A stretch of DNA of 64,000 nucleotides from Octopus sinensis (GCF_006345805.1 NC_043009.1:44330001-44394000), one strand, 5' to 3'; shown: positions 1-13,392, counted from the first letter of the stretch. Numbers and translations are program-made. Notes: generated from the letters alone by a model not told the origin.

Positions 1-1161
1 TTAAAAGGTTGTGTGCTTATCTTTAACCTAAATAACAGTATAAAAGCCACTTTGACAAACTTCCCCTGCCAGCTATTTTCTGTTGCAAGTGGCTAGTCTC
101 AGCCGTTTTTGACTTGACACAACAATAGTAGCATTCTGCTGGTACTGCTTGCCAGATTTCTGATCTTTCTTTGTAATTTTACATCTCCCTGGCGTAAAAT
201 ATTGGCATGTGGTTCCTTCAGATTAAGGATGATGCAATACTTCTAGAGATGGAATTGATAGCTACACTGTATAGATCGTAATTTTAGAAGTATATCTGGG
301 CAGGTCAATAAACTCAGACATTTTTTTATGATCGTCATTTAATGCCTGCATGGGTATTTGAGGTAGATTTGCTGTGGCCAGGTGCCTTTTTTGTTACTAA
401 CCTTCACCTGTTTCCCAGCTAGGTAATATTTCCCTGGAGCCAGACGTTTTCACAGAATTGGAAATGAATGGCATTGTTTTTATGGCAGTAACACTCATTT
501 ATGACTATCATGCAAAATCAAAACAAAGAGACAGAAACACACACACACACACTCTCTCTCTCTTTCAGTTTCTGTCAACCAAATCCACACAAAAGTCTTT
601 GCTCGGCTTGGGGCTGTTGTAGAAAACCCTTACCCAAGGTGCCTCTAAATGGGACTCAACTCAGAACTACATGGTTGGGAAGCAAACTTTTCACCACACA
701 GCCACATCCAAAAGCAATTTATAGGATATAACAATGATAATGACAAAAATCATAAATAATTTTTAGGAGAAAAGGAAAGACATCCTTCCTTAGCCTGGTA
801 AACTGGATCTCTATACAATTGTGCATACGTGCACATTACTGTTTTATTCTCGTTTCCTTTTCTTCATATCAACATCATGGGGTGGTAGAATTTGAGTATT
901 TTTTGTTGTAGATACTCTTCTACCACTTACCAGTTGTAAACTGGGTGGAACCAGGTGTTCTACAGACAAATTGGTTTCAGAGTTGTGTTCCTTGCTCAGG
1001 TGTGGCATTGCTCAATTGCTGTAGTAGCAGGTATTGGACCAGAAGATCGGCAGTTTAGCCATTTACTTCAATCTGTTTCTGTCATATGAGTTTAAATTAA
1101 AATTGTTTACTCTCTTTAGAATGAAAACTTGGACGGGGTGGGTATATAAAACCTACTTTAA

Positions 1162-1384
1162 CCCTTTTGTTAATGTATTTCTGTTGAAATACATTGCTTT
1201 TGTGTCATTTAATTTTGAAAATAATAAAGAATGTAGTAAAATAACTATCATTATTACATTGGTGTTTGATGCATAAATTAACTTGGAATTTTGATATAAG
1301 GTCTTGTTTGATTTAGATCACCTTGAACAGGACGTTTGTAATATAAAATCAGGAGTGGCCTTGGCTGAATTGGTTACAAAAGTG
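1162..1384 (+). mobile_element. TTAA-flanked MITE, family P3
   Basis: TTAA|cccttttgtt...acaaaagtg|TTAA; inverted homolog at about 36780-36964. Confidence 0.75.
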
Positions 1385-2004
1385 TTAATGACCATCCTCT
1401 GGTGGGTCAAATTTCTGTTGGAATTTATTTGGGTTCTTTCCTAGCAATAAAAATAGTTGTTAACAGAAACTGGTCAACATTTGGTTCAATATTATCAGTT
1501 ATATCAATATATATTTTTTTTTTTTCTACTCATTTTCGCATAAAAAGTCTGTACTGTTAAAGATAGTTCTTCACACCTATACCAGATATACACACTGAGA
1601 TAACAAACTAACTTTAATTGGTGTTTGTTTCAAATACTAAATCACTGACATCATTATATCAATTCTAGATTTGATCCCTTTGTATTTCTGGATAATTACT
1701 GATTGTGAGGGGAACCATTTGTTACTTGATTTTTTTGTTTGTTTTTGGTCTTGATTCCTAGTTTATTGGTTTATTGATCTCAGTGAGTGCCTGATGGGAG
1801 TTATCAATTCATAAAACTTCAAAGTTGACTAACTATTTAGCATTGAGTTTAATAATCTCTGGTTCTGTTTCTGTAAATATGCAAAGGTAAATCATTTCAC
1901 AGATCATCCAGAGATGATCATGGGAAAACAGATCCAAAATATTTTGATAACTGAATCAGTCTAATCAAGGCCAGCACAAAAACCATTATCACCGCCACCA
2001 CCAC

Positions 2005-2810
2005 TATTTTTATTTTTATTTACTTTTACTACTTGCTGAGGCACACCCAGCATCTTAGCGTGAGGTGTTACAGTATGGCTGAAAGCTTGGGGAGGGGAAG
2101 TGGCAGGAGCAATAGCAAAATATCTTCATGTAATACAACACAGGAATTTAAATAGATAGGATTTTTCTAAGGATGTGAGCAGTACTTGTCAGCACAATCT
2201 TTTGGATTTCTCTGAGACATGGTTCTCCTAGTATATCATCTAGATGTTTCTGACGTCCCTTTCTTGTACCTAGGGCACCCACAATAACAGGAACAGTCCT
2301 CATTTTAAGATGCCACATCTTTTGTATTTCAATTTTCAGGTCCTTATATTAACTTAATTTGTCAAATTCCTGTACAGATATATTTTTATCAGTAGGAACA
2401 CTTACATCTGTTAGTCTACAAGTATTTTCTTCCCTGTCTTTAATGACTATGTCTGATCAATTGTTCTGGATCATTCTGTTGGTAGTGAGAGGAAAATCCC
2501 AGAGGATAGTAACATTTTTACCTTCAGCGACTGGTTCAGGACGATGTTCATACCAGTAAGCAGGAATGCTGATTTTGTAGTGTTTACAAATTTTCCAATG
2601 TAAATACTGTCATACTCTATTGTAGCAATTTTTGTATTCATTTGGTGTCAGCGAAGACCATCCCGAGGCTAGATGGTCTATTGTTTCATCACTGCACCTT
2701 GGGTCAGAACCCATTTTGAAGAACATTAGCCTGGTAGTTTTTGGTAAACAAGCTTTGATCTTGTGTCGCCAGTATGAAACCTTTAGTCTATGCTTTCACG
2801 GGGCGCTCGA
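2005..2810 (-). mobile_element. Dong/R4-clade LINE 3' fragment B (zinc-knuckle remnant plus RLE), degenerate
   Basis: GFILATQDQSL..ETIDHLASG..LHWKICK..WYEHRPEPV..ILWDF..DIVIKD..DVSVP..PVIVGALG..TAHILRKILSI*, with several stops. Confidence 0.85.
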
Positions 2811-2811
2811 T

Positions 2812-3362
2812 CTTATTTGCTCTGGTAGATTCTGTGAGAGCAGACAGCAGCCTGCTGTCAGAGGTCTCACAGGGTCTCTTTTTGCATATTATATGCTTTG
2901 GTACTTGGTGGTTAATTATTGTGGGAGACATTCAACATCCAAGTACCAATCTCACAATTGTAGCTGTCTCCAGCAGCGCAATTTTGGAGGCTTTCTCTGT
3001 TCTCATGTCAATTTCTCTGACATATTTCTCGAAATTGGTTGTTAGTCCTCCAAGTGCCCCTACAACTACTAGAATGACAGACACTCTCCTCATAGTCCAC
3101 ATTCTTGTAATTTCGTTTTTTAGGAGTCTGTATTTTTCAATCTTTTCTAGTTCTTTGTCATTTATGCATGCATCTCCAGGTATTGCAATATCTATAATCT
3201 TGGTTTCTTTTTTTCCTTTATCTATCACAATGATATCTGGTCTCCAAGCCTCGATTAGGGAGTCACATTGGATTGTAAAATTCCACAGAATCTTATATTC
3301 CTTGTTCTCAGTGACTCCTTCTGGTTTGTGTTCATACCATTTCTGCGCTCTGTTAAGGCCTA
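2812..3362 (-). mobile_element. Dong/R4-clade LINE 3' fragment A (restriction-like endonuclease)
   Basis: WYEHKPEGV..KILWNFTIQCD..RPDIIVIDK..IIDIAIPGD..KELEKIEKY..VVVGALG..LETATIVRLVLGC*; 5' junction abuts (TAA)n. Confidence 0.9.
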
Positions 3363-3371
3363 TTATTATTT

Positions 3372-3900
3372 AAGGTGGTGAGCTGACAGAATTGTTAGCA
3401 TGCCTGGCCAAATGCTTTAAAGTATTTCATCTATCTTCCCATTCTGAGTTCAAATTCCACCAAGGTATACTTTGCCTTTCATCCTTTCAGGGTCAATAAG
3501 TACCAGTTGAGCACTGGGGTCGACTAGCCCCCTTCCCCAAAATTCCAGGCCTTGTGCCTATAGTTGGAAGTATTACTATTATTATTAATGCTTAGTATTT
3601 TTTGCAGTTCTTTATGTTCTGATTTCAAATTTTTCTGAGGTCAACTTTGCTTTTCATTTTCTTAGAGGCAGTGTAATTGATTGTCCACTAATTATTGCTG
3701 GGGTGGATTGGCAAACTTGTTTGGGTATCAGAAAAATTGCTTTGCAATATTTTTTCTGTCTCCTTGCATTCCAAGTTCAAATTCTGCTATGTTCAGCTTT
3801 GACTTTCACCTTTACGGGGTTGATAAAATATGTACCAATTGATGTAATAAACTTACCCCCTTCCCCGAAATAGCTGACCTTGTACCAAAATTTGAAAACA
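3372..3900 (+). mobile_element. SINE family A, two head-to-tail copies
   Basis: Same core; (ATT)n tails. Confidence 0.75.
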
Positions 3901-4640
3901 TTATTATTATTATTAACATAGGATATGAAGGAAACATGGAAGATGACAACACCAACCGACCAAAATCAATAGTGTTCAATATATTTTACTGCATTAAAGT
4001 ATTTATTTTCTTGTACTTGAACAACATAGCATCTATTGAAATACTATATACTATCTGCAAACATCTGCATTGATTTTATATTGCCATCTCAAAACTAAAA
4101 TTGTGCCTATCTTCTTTTCTTCTTAAACTTATCAGTTAATTGTTCTTATTGTATAATGATATTGGCAGTCATCATATGGCACCTTTCAGTTTTCACACCA
4201 TATTAAATTGTTAGTCTTTCATATTTAACGTGTAACAATACTTGTAAAGAGAACTTGAAAGATATAATAAATACATGTTACATTATACATCAGTATATAT
4301 AAGGTGGTGGTTCAAGGACCCTGGGCATTCTTGGACATGAGGAGTCTTCAGTTGTCCAGGCTGAAATGATGGATCTCCGCTGAAGTTCTTCATTTTCAAA
4401 ATTAGTTAAAGCAAAAGCAGCACATCCCAATAGAAATATGGTAACAAAAGAGTAGAAGTCAGAACAAACATTATCAGAAACAGCCTGCCAGGAAATTCTA
4501 TTTTAGACAAACATTTCTTACTGCTGAGTATGAACTCTGTTCCTTTCATAACTGATCTACGTATCCTTTCCAAATTCTTTTATATTTTTTTTAAAACTTA
4601 TATCATTAAAAATTTGTTTTGGGATTATAAAACTCCATCT

Positions 4641-4853
4641 AAGGCAGCAAGCTGGCAGAAACATTAGCACGCCAGGCGAAATACTTAACGGTATTTCGTC
4701 TGTCTTTACATTCTGAGTTCAAATTCTGCCGAGGTGGACTTTTCCTTTCATCCTTTTGGGGTCAATAAATTAAGTATTAGTTGCATACTGGGATTGATCT
4801 AATCGACTGGCCCCCTCCCCAAAAATTTTGGGCCTTGTGCCTAGAGTAGAAAA
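4641..4853 (+). mobile_element. SINE family A with an 18-bp TSD
   Basis: Head aaggcagcaagctggcagaa, B box gagttcaaattc; TSD gattataaaactccatct at 4623-4640 and 4854-4871. Confidence 0.9.
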
Positions 4854-5707
4854 GATTATAAAACTCCATCTGAATAGCCTCAGTATTAATGATACTGGAT
4901 TTCTTAGTGATCTCATGGATAGATAAGTTGAATATGACCTTTCCATTGATAATGAAATAAAAAGCTATCATCACACTGAGAAATACTGCAAGCAAAAATC
5001 TGCATTTGCTGAAAATCATTTGTTTAACAATGATGTATGGTCTCAGGCATTTCTTACTGGAACCACTACTCTTGTAAGTTGGTGCTCATACTTGTCATTT
5101 TGGATTGGTTTTTATGGTTGGACATCCTTGCTAACACCAATCACTTTACCAAATGCTTTGGTGTATTTTTGCAAGGCACAAACATTAAAGAGGTTGGCGA
5201 GTCCTCAGTGAGACTGAAATATAGACACCTCACAACCTTACAATATTTGTGGTGGATGAATGCAGCAAGAGTATTATTGGATAGACAATGTTATTGGGAT
5301 GGAGGCAGGGGGTGGGGAATCAGTGGGTAAGAACAACATTCTTATAGTTTGTTACTATTCTACAGAGGATACTAATGAAATTCAGAATTCAGCTACTTAA
5401 TATCTTGAAGTCAAGTATGTCATTAAATTTCTTTCAGTAATCAAGTATAAGATTAATTATAGTGAGCCAAGAAAAAAAAGAAAAAGAAAAAAAGACTTAA
5501 TGAAATCTCTCCATCATCAAATTCCTTATATTTTTAGTCTTTTTTGGGGTTTTTTGGGGGTTTTTTTTTAACACTACTTACATGGGTGAGGGTAGTGCTG
5601 ATGATATATTCAAAGTTGCTGAGACTGATAGGAGAAAAGTAGAAAGTTTACCAGAGATGTGACCTGAATGTAAGTGTGTGTTCACTAAAGGCACCTATGG
5701 GCTAGGT

Positions 5708-5972
5708 CAGCTGTCCTCAACCTTTTTTTGCTCCATAGATTGGTTTCATGCTAGGCAATCTTTTCCATGGAGTGGGGGAGGGGTTGTCATGCACACAATA
5801 AAACACAAAGTGCATAATATATGATTTAATTGTTACATATTAAATATATATATAATACAGAAAGACCCTGCAAACTGATGTAGTGAAAAAAGTAGAAATA
5901 GAGTTTTCAAATTTATTCTTTCTGTGTGGCCCTGTACCAAATGATCTGCAACCTCATGGTTAGGGACCTCTG
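5708..5972. mobile_element. hAT (Charlie-like) MITE
   Basis: Degenerate TIRs cagctgtcctcaacc / ggttagggacctctg; 8-bp TSD only half conserved. Confidence 0.5.
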
Positions 5973-7459
5973 TGTCAGGAAGACACCTTCTGACCAGTTT
6001 CCATACAGTTTCTGTCCAACAACTTTGGTAAAATTTACTTTCTCAAGATACTGTGCATTAGGATTGAACCCAAAACAATGTGCTTGTGGAGCACATTTCT
6101 CGACCTCATGGCTATTCTTGCGCCCTTTTGGTGATGTAACATTTGTTTGCTGTAGACAGCTTTGTGGATATTGTTATAAAATCTCAGATAGATTTGATTT
6201 CTTGCCATTGTCAACTGTTATTTTTTGTCTCTGGGTATCAAAGAAATGTTTACACTGCATTAGAAAGTTTTTGTAAACAAAAAAAAAAAAAATAATAATA
6301 ATAATGAAAGGATTCATAAAATTCTTAATGGATAAAGAGAATAAGACGTGTGTGTGTGTAGGTAGATATGTGCTAATTAGTTCTGTTGTGTATGTGTGTA
6401 AGTTTTTTTGCTATTTGTGCCATTGCTTTGTACTAATACAGAAATGAGATCCTCTTGATATTTGTATATCCTTACAGAATGGGCTGAGTGTGGTTATGCC
6501 ATCGCAGCTAATGCAGGCCATTAGATATAGCAACAACTTCTGTTTTGCATTTAAATTAACTTTCAATCTTCAAACACGTGGTTGGTTATTAAATTGCTAC
6601 CAAACCAAGCGTACCCTTCTATTTGGTATAGTGTCTGTTTATTGGTCCTACAGCTAAGCTTTTGGACAAGTGACTATTGAACAGTTTACTATAGCCACTC
6701 TATTATATTCTTAAGCAAAGCACATCATTCTGTTTATTTCAGTTTGCCTGGCCAAACTCTTAACTTAAAAGCTAAGTGGTTAGACATGAGAAAAGGATTA
6801 TGAGTTACGGAAACAATTTCTTCCAAGTGTCATGAACGTGAATAAATATAAACATAAGGAGAGAAAAAACTTATTGAATACTGGATAATATTTCCCGTTC
6901 GTCATAAATATCATTCTCATTTCATCCTCTATTCTTCTATGTTGGTCTCAGTTTGGACAGGTCTACAATAGAACATATCACAGCTCATCTCAATCGAGCT
7001 CTTGTTATCTCCTCATCATCCCATGGCACCAAGTACCACATCATCCTCTTTCCCACCAGTTAAGTGTTTAGAACATAATCTATTCCTCGCCCATGTTTTC
7101 CCAGTTCATTCCACTGCTTTCAGTTGATCACATTTTCCCTATCATCTTACGGCTGACATATTCAGTATTTCTTGTTGTCTTGATTATATTCTATGATTTT
7201 TCATACTTTTTAAAATCTTTTTCTTTCTCTTTCTATATTTGATGGAATCATCTATCCATCCACTTCTCTCTGTTTTTAATCCTTATCTTCAACTTCTTAA
7301 ACACCAGATTGTAATCGACATGACTTACTGTCGTGTACTTATAATAAGCCTTTTGTAATTTTAGAGTTAATATCTCTGTTATGTTGTTGTCCTTAGCTTT
7401 ATCACTTAAATTATTGTCACGTCTTTTAAAGTACATATCAATTTAGAAATTTTAAAAAA

Positions 7460-7870
7460 TAAATATTGGTTTCAAATTTTGACACAAGGCCAGAAATTTT
7501 GAGGGATGGGGGCAAGTCAATTACATCAACCCCCAGCACTTAACAGGCACTTTATTTCATCAACCCTGAAATTATGAAAGGTAAGAGTCAGCCAGAAGAA
7601 ATGCCACTAAACAATTTGTCAGACATGCTAAGCATTCTGCCAGTTTGCCACCTTACTTAAAAATAATAATTAATCTTTCTACTATAGGCACAAGGCCTGA
7701 AATTTTGAGGGAGGTGGCTAGTCGATTACTTTGAACCCCGTACTTGACTGGTACTTTATTTCATTAACCCTGAAAGGATGAAAGGCAGAGTCGATGTAAA
7801 GGGCTGGAAGAAACATTGCTAGGCGTTTTGTCTGATGTAGTAACAGTGTTCTGCCAGCTTGCCACCCTAC

Positions 7871-7910
<40 letters not shown>

Positions 7911-8020
7911 TAATAATAATCCTTTCTACTAAAGGCACAAGGCCTGAAATTCTAGGGGAGAGGACTAGTCGATTACATCGAATCCAGTGTTTCACTGGTA
8001 CCCTGAAAGGATGAAAGGTA
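7460..8020 (-). mobile_element. SINE family A, three head-to-tail copies separated by (TAA)n
   Basis: Repeated aggcacaaggcctgaaatt..gtcgattacat..gaaaggatgaaagg. Confidence 0.8.
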
Positions 8021-8649
8021 ATAACAACAGCAACCATAAGAGGCTACTAATTCTAGTAATGGTTAAAACTACTTAGTTATGGTATAATAATGTATCTTTT
8101 ATCTTTTAGTTGCTTCAGTCATTTGACTGTGGCTATGCTGGGGCACTGCCTTGAAAAACTTTTAGTTAAATGAATCAAGCCTAGTACTTATTCTATCAGT
8201 TTCTTTTGCTGAACCGCTAAGCTACAGTGATTTTAAACATACCAATGGCAGGGAACACACACAAAGATATATATGTATATACAACAGACTTCTTTCAGTT
8301 TCTACCTACCAAATCCACTCACAAGGCTTTGGTTGGCCTGAGGTTATAGTAAAAGATACTTGTCCAAGGTGCTACACTGTTGGACTGAACCCAGAACCAT
8401 GTGATTGGGAAGCATGCTTCTGAAATCTTAGATCAACTTTGATCCCAAAAACATTATGATCAAAGGCATTCTAACCATGGCCATCTCAAATTATTAAAGT
8501 ATCTCCAAGACTACGTTATCCAATGCATCCTTCCTTTTTTAAGATAGTAGGGTATGATTTGAGGAAGATTTGGCTGCTGTTTCTAACTAGTCAGGCAATC
8601 CTGTAGAAACTAACTTAACATAAACTTGTTTATGTTGTATATTGAAGAA

Positions 8650-9005
8650 TTTCTTTACTGCTGCCAACTATACAAAAGGAACTGTTGATGATATTTAGAA
8701 CAGACTGGCAGTAGGATTGCCAAGTGGTTCTGCTACTTGAATTTTGATCTTTGCAATATCATCTGACAGTGACAATCTTCAATATTGTCTTTGAATCCAA
8801 CATAGTCAACTTGCTTCAAAAAGCTTTACACACCCTGATTTAAAGTATTTTTGTCTTGAATTACACATTGTCAATAATTCTATGTAAGAACCAAAAATCT
8901 ACCTTCTGTAAACACTCTGAAAGAATGGAGTACCTTATCCAAACAGAACACTGGCTTCTTGTTGCCTCTTCTAACATCACTTCCACTTGTTACTTTGAAT
9001 CCTAA
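8650..9005 (-). mobile_element. Old RTE-like LINE fossil
   Basis: Patchy resemblance to the RTE C-terminal region across many stops. Confidence 0.3.
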
Positions 9006-9942
9006 CTTGAAATTATTTTTGCTGCTGCTGTTGTTGTTGTTGTTGTTGTTGTTAAAGTAGCGGTGGTGGTGATGGTATGGGTGGTTATAGTGAATTTTGA
9101 AGTTACAGGACTCAAACCTGCAAGCTTCTGATCTGGAGTCAGAAGACTTCTTGTTTGAACTATGTAACAAGAATCTACTGCAACAACCCAGTTATGTTCT
9201 GATTTTATCTACCCTAGCACCCTTTCTTGACTTTGTAAGCTTTAGGATAGGATCAATGGCCCTTCTCCATGCTCATATGATTGAGAAGTTTACTTCACAA
9301 TCACATGGTTCCATGTTCAATACCACTGGACAGCATCTGAGGCAAGTGTCTTCTGTGTTGATCTCAAGTTAACTTAAGCCTTCTAAGTGAAACTGGATAG
9401 ATGGAAATTGTGCAGAAGCTTGTTAGACAAACTGCACATGGGTGGCTAGACTTAATCTATCACCAGTTCTCTGGTCTGAAAAATAGCCTGTGCGTCATGC
9501 TTTTATTGTCTTTTTTCTCTACTAATCTTGGAATTCCTGGAGATGTCATTGACACTGTCTTGCTAAAGAAGCCATAAAAAAAGAAAACCCTGCATAACTC
9601 TTGACCGTTTTTTTTTTTCACTGACCAATCCAAACCTCTTAGAATTCCAGAAATGTTTCCATTAGGCAATAAATTTTTTGTTCTCCTTCTTGAGAAACCA
9701 CATTAAAAAGTAATTATTATTTTTTTTATCATCCAGTGTTTTGACTTAGTGCAGCAATTTTCCAATAAATTAAATGAAACCTGTGACTTACATTGTCCTG
9801 CTATTGTAATATGGCCTGGTTTTATTTTCCATAATGCAAAGATTGTATTAGACAACATGGACAGCATAATTATAGTTGGCGTATGAAGCCAGATGTATTG
9901 AATGCATGTATGTAATATTGTATTAGATGTCATTTTACTTCC

Positions 9943-10506
9943 ATTCCGATCGACCCCACAGGCCGACATAAGTCCGATGGCTATGAAACCACCCTTTCAA
10001 AATCCTCCAATGAAGAATCGAATACCGCAGCTCATAGTAGAGAACTTTTTGCCCACTCAAGATCGGCAATAATATATGGCAAGGCTGAATCCACCTGTGA
10101 TACAGGCATAAACCGCCTAAAAGATGACATTAATTTTGTTTCCGTTTTGGTTGGAAAATTGTTCTCTGTGAACGAAAATGTCAGTGTTCTTAAGGTCGCT
10201 CGGCTAGGAAGATTCCAAGCGAACCCAACCGCAGATTCTAGACCACGCCCAATAAGGGTAATCTTTTCTTCTGATCGGGAGGCTTCAGTCTTTCTGAACA
10301 GAGCTCAGACGCATGCCTGGGAGGACCCCAATATGGGTTTTCGCGAGGAATACTCACTAAGAGAGAGAATTCGCCGGAGGAACCTAATATCCGAGCTAAA
10401 GATGAGGAAACAAATGGGAGAGAAGGGTTTACGAATCCAAGATGGACAGATAATCAAGTCCTACCTCTGGTCCCATGCTGTAGTGCTGACAGGGAAAGTG
10501 ATGTGA
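9943..10506 (+). CDS. LINE ORF1 C-terminal part (RRM-like, CR1 type)
   Basis: Frame is open well upstream of the listed 10147 start; motifs SAIIYGKAES and RLGRF...RPRPIRVIF; stop TGA at 10504-10506. Confidence 0.8.
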   Translation: MPIDPTGRHKSDGYETTLSKSSNEESNTAAHSRELFAHSRSAIIYGKAESTCDTGINRLKDDINFVSVLVGKLFSVNENVSVLKVARLGRFQANPTADSRPRPIRVIFSSDREASVFLNRAQTHAWEDPNMGFREEYSLRERIRRRNLISELKMRKQMGEKGLRIQDGQIIKSYLWSHAVVLTGKVM

Positions 10507-13372
10507 GGGCAAATCGAAGTGAAGTTGATACCCCCGTCAACGATGCTATCTCTGATGCCCTTTATTCTGCTTGTTCCCCAACTCCCACCCCTCAGACTTC
10601 ACAGCTCAGCATCGTCTACACCAACTCGTGCTCCTTATTCCCAAAGTTCAGTGGACTATTTACACTGGCCCTACGCGACTCCCCTGATGTGATAGCTATC
10701 ACCGAGACTTGGCTGACTCCAGCAGTAAAGGACTCAGAGATCCACCTGCAGGGCTACGTCCTTTTCAGATGTGACAGAGGAAAAAGGCGAGGTGGAGGTG
10801 TTGCTGTGTATGTTAAGTCTGAGCACAAACCGTCCTGCGGTATTCTACCCACAAATGCTCAACCTACAACCAAATTCGATGCTGTCTATTGCAAGCTGAG
10901 CCTATCTGAGATTTGCCTGCCCGTGTTGGCTGTCTACAGGCCGCCTCTAGCCGACCCCCAGGACGATGCTCATCTACTCGAAGCGATAAGATTCGTTTCA
11001 GCTTCGCATGACTGCTTGGTACTAGGCGACTTCAACGCTCCCACGATCGATTGGCCCGCATCAATTTGTACAACATCTTCCCGTTCGGCCAGGCCCTTCT
11101 TGACGTGGCTGAAGATTGTTTTCTATCGCAACATGTTGAATATCCGACAAGGCATCGGTCTGGGCAGCAGCCATCTATGCTAGATCTGGTATTCTCCCGC
11201 TATCCAAGATCAGTGTCAGACGTATCTGTGTGCGCCCCTCTTGCCAAGAGTGATCATGCGGTCCTGAAGTTCGTCATGCACACAACTTTTTCCACGCCCA
11301 CGATTACTTCGCTGCCACGTAGAGTCTTCTCTGCAATTAATCTTGAAATCCTAACTGAGGCTTCCGCGCTGGCGTTCCCTGATGACGTTGTCCTCAGTTG
11401 ACGAACTATGGTCATCCCTCAAAGCATATGTAATCTGTTTGACTGACCAGGCAGTTCCCGTTGGACTTCCCAAGAGGAAGAAACAAGCCCTGGGTGACGA
11501 AGAAGGTTAAACGAGAACGTCGACTCAGAGATATTGCTTGGGCTGAATTCAAAAATCTGGATTCGACTGCAGCTTTTGAGGTTACAAAACTCAACGAGAC
11601 CGAGCCGTGAAAATTGAAAAGAAAGAACGCTTCAGTTATGAATACAAAATCGCGGCAAATGCCAGTAGCAGTCCAAAAACCTTCTTTGCCCATGTCCAGC
11701 GGAATTCCCGCTTGAACAACCAGATTGCAACGTTGGTAGACTCAACAGGCGTATCGATTGAGGACCCTTATCAACAGAGTCAATTATTTGCCGAGGCTTT
11801 TTCAACTATTTTCAAACAAGATGATGGTCGTGAACCCCCTCCATTTGATAGATCGGTACCTCCAATGCTTCGATTGATCATCACGCGGGACCAAGTCAAA
11901 CGTGTTATTCAAGGCCTCGATGTCAACAAGGGTCACGGCCCTGACGGCATACACCCACGGGTTATCAAAGCGTTGGCTCCGGTCATCTGCGAGCCCTTAA
12001 CACGACTATTCAATATGTCATTGGCGACGGGTGTTATACCTGCAGACTGGAGAACAGCGATAATCTGCCCAATTTTCAAGAAAGGGAAGCGCGAAGACCC
12101 GCTTAACTACCGACCGGTTTCCCTTACATCAATAATCAGCAAGAAACCATCCTTAAGAAAAGTATGATGCTCCACCTCCTAAACACAGCCTCGATCACTG
12201 ATTCCCAACACGGCTTCGTGCCGAAGAGATCATGCTTGACCAACTTACTAGTAATGGAAGAATTGGTGACGCGCATCCTCGATGATAGTGATGCTGTTGA
12301 CATCGTTTTATTGGACTTTGCCAAAGCTTTTGACTCGGTAAACCACCGCCTACTACTTGTCAAGCTTCAAGCATATAGTTTCCATCCGGATATTGTACGA
12401 TGGGTTGGTGCCTTCCTCTCAGATCGCTCCTTCCAAGTTCAAGTTAATGGTTCGCGGTCCGACGTCTCCAGTGCGAGCAGTGGCGTGCCTCAAGGTTCAG
12501 TGCTTGGGCCCTTGTTGTTCTTAGTCTTCATAAATGACTTGCCCGACGACATTACGCAACACACCCTTCTATTTGCCGACGATATCAAACTGGTCGCTCC
12601 TCGCGGTAGTATAGAGGATCTTCGTCGATGCCTCCACCAAATTTGGAAGTGGTCTAACGATTGGGACCTGTGTCTGAACGTGTCGAAGTGCTGTCATCTG
12701 CCTGTCGGCTCTACTCCTGCAACTCAACTTGATTTCGAGCCGGGTCGTCTGCTGCTGGAGAGGACCGATCAGGTAAAGGACCTGGGTATCTTGGTGGATT
12801 CCTCCTTTTCGCCTTCGACCCAGTGCGTCCATGCTGCCAACAAAGCGCGCGGAATTCTGTTTTTGATTCGACGGTCATTCGGAATGCTCACAGCAGCCAT
12901 ATTCCTGCCACTCTATGTCACGCTGGTGAGACCCATATTGGAGTATGGGATTCAAGCCTCTTCTCCTTATCTCCTCAAAGACATACAGCACCTCGAAAGA
13001 GTCCAGAGGCTGGCTACCCGCATGGTTCATGGTCTCAAAAATTTGTCCTACGAAGAAAGGCTGAGGACGCTCGACCTTTGTTCTCTTGAAAAACGCCGCC
13101 GCCGTGGTGATCTCATTCTCGCCCACAACATCATAAGCGGGAAATGTAACCTCTCGAAAGAGCTGTTCTTCACTCCTGCTCTGGAGCGTCGGCTGCGGGG
13201 TCATTCCAAAAAGCTCTACCTGCGACGATTTCATCTCAATCGAAGGAGAGGAGCTTTCTCCGTCCGGGTTGCGGATCCGTGGAACAAGCTGCCAGACGAG
13301 ATGGTGAAGATGCCGACGACCGCTTTGTTCAAAGCCTCCCTGGACCTCAAGTGGCCTGAACTCTTTACATGA
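10503..13372 (+). pseudogene. LINE ORF2 (apurinic-type endonuclease plus reverse transcriptase), about 5 frameshifts
   Basis: APE motifs YTN, ITETWL, GDFN, SDH; RT motifs PGPDGI, YRPVSL, QHGF, LDFAKAFD, GVPQGSVLGP, LFADD. Shifts near 11081, 11385, 11485, 11580 and 12145; 12164-13372 is fully open. Confidence 0.92.
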
Positions 13373-13392
13373 ACACCACCCTGTACTTAACT

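Noticed and set aside
920-1020. Minus-strand segment ending in a strong donor CTG|gtaagt
   Set aside because: All frames from plausible acceptors contain stops; no supporting neighbouring exons.
2632-3373. Plus-strand hydrophobic ORFs (137 and 199 aa) that look like membrane proteins
   Set aside because: Antisense of the purine-rich Dong/R4 endonuclease coding strand.
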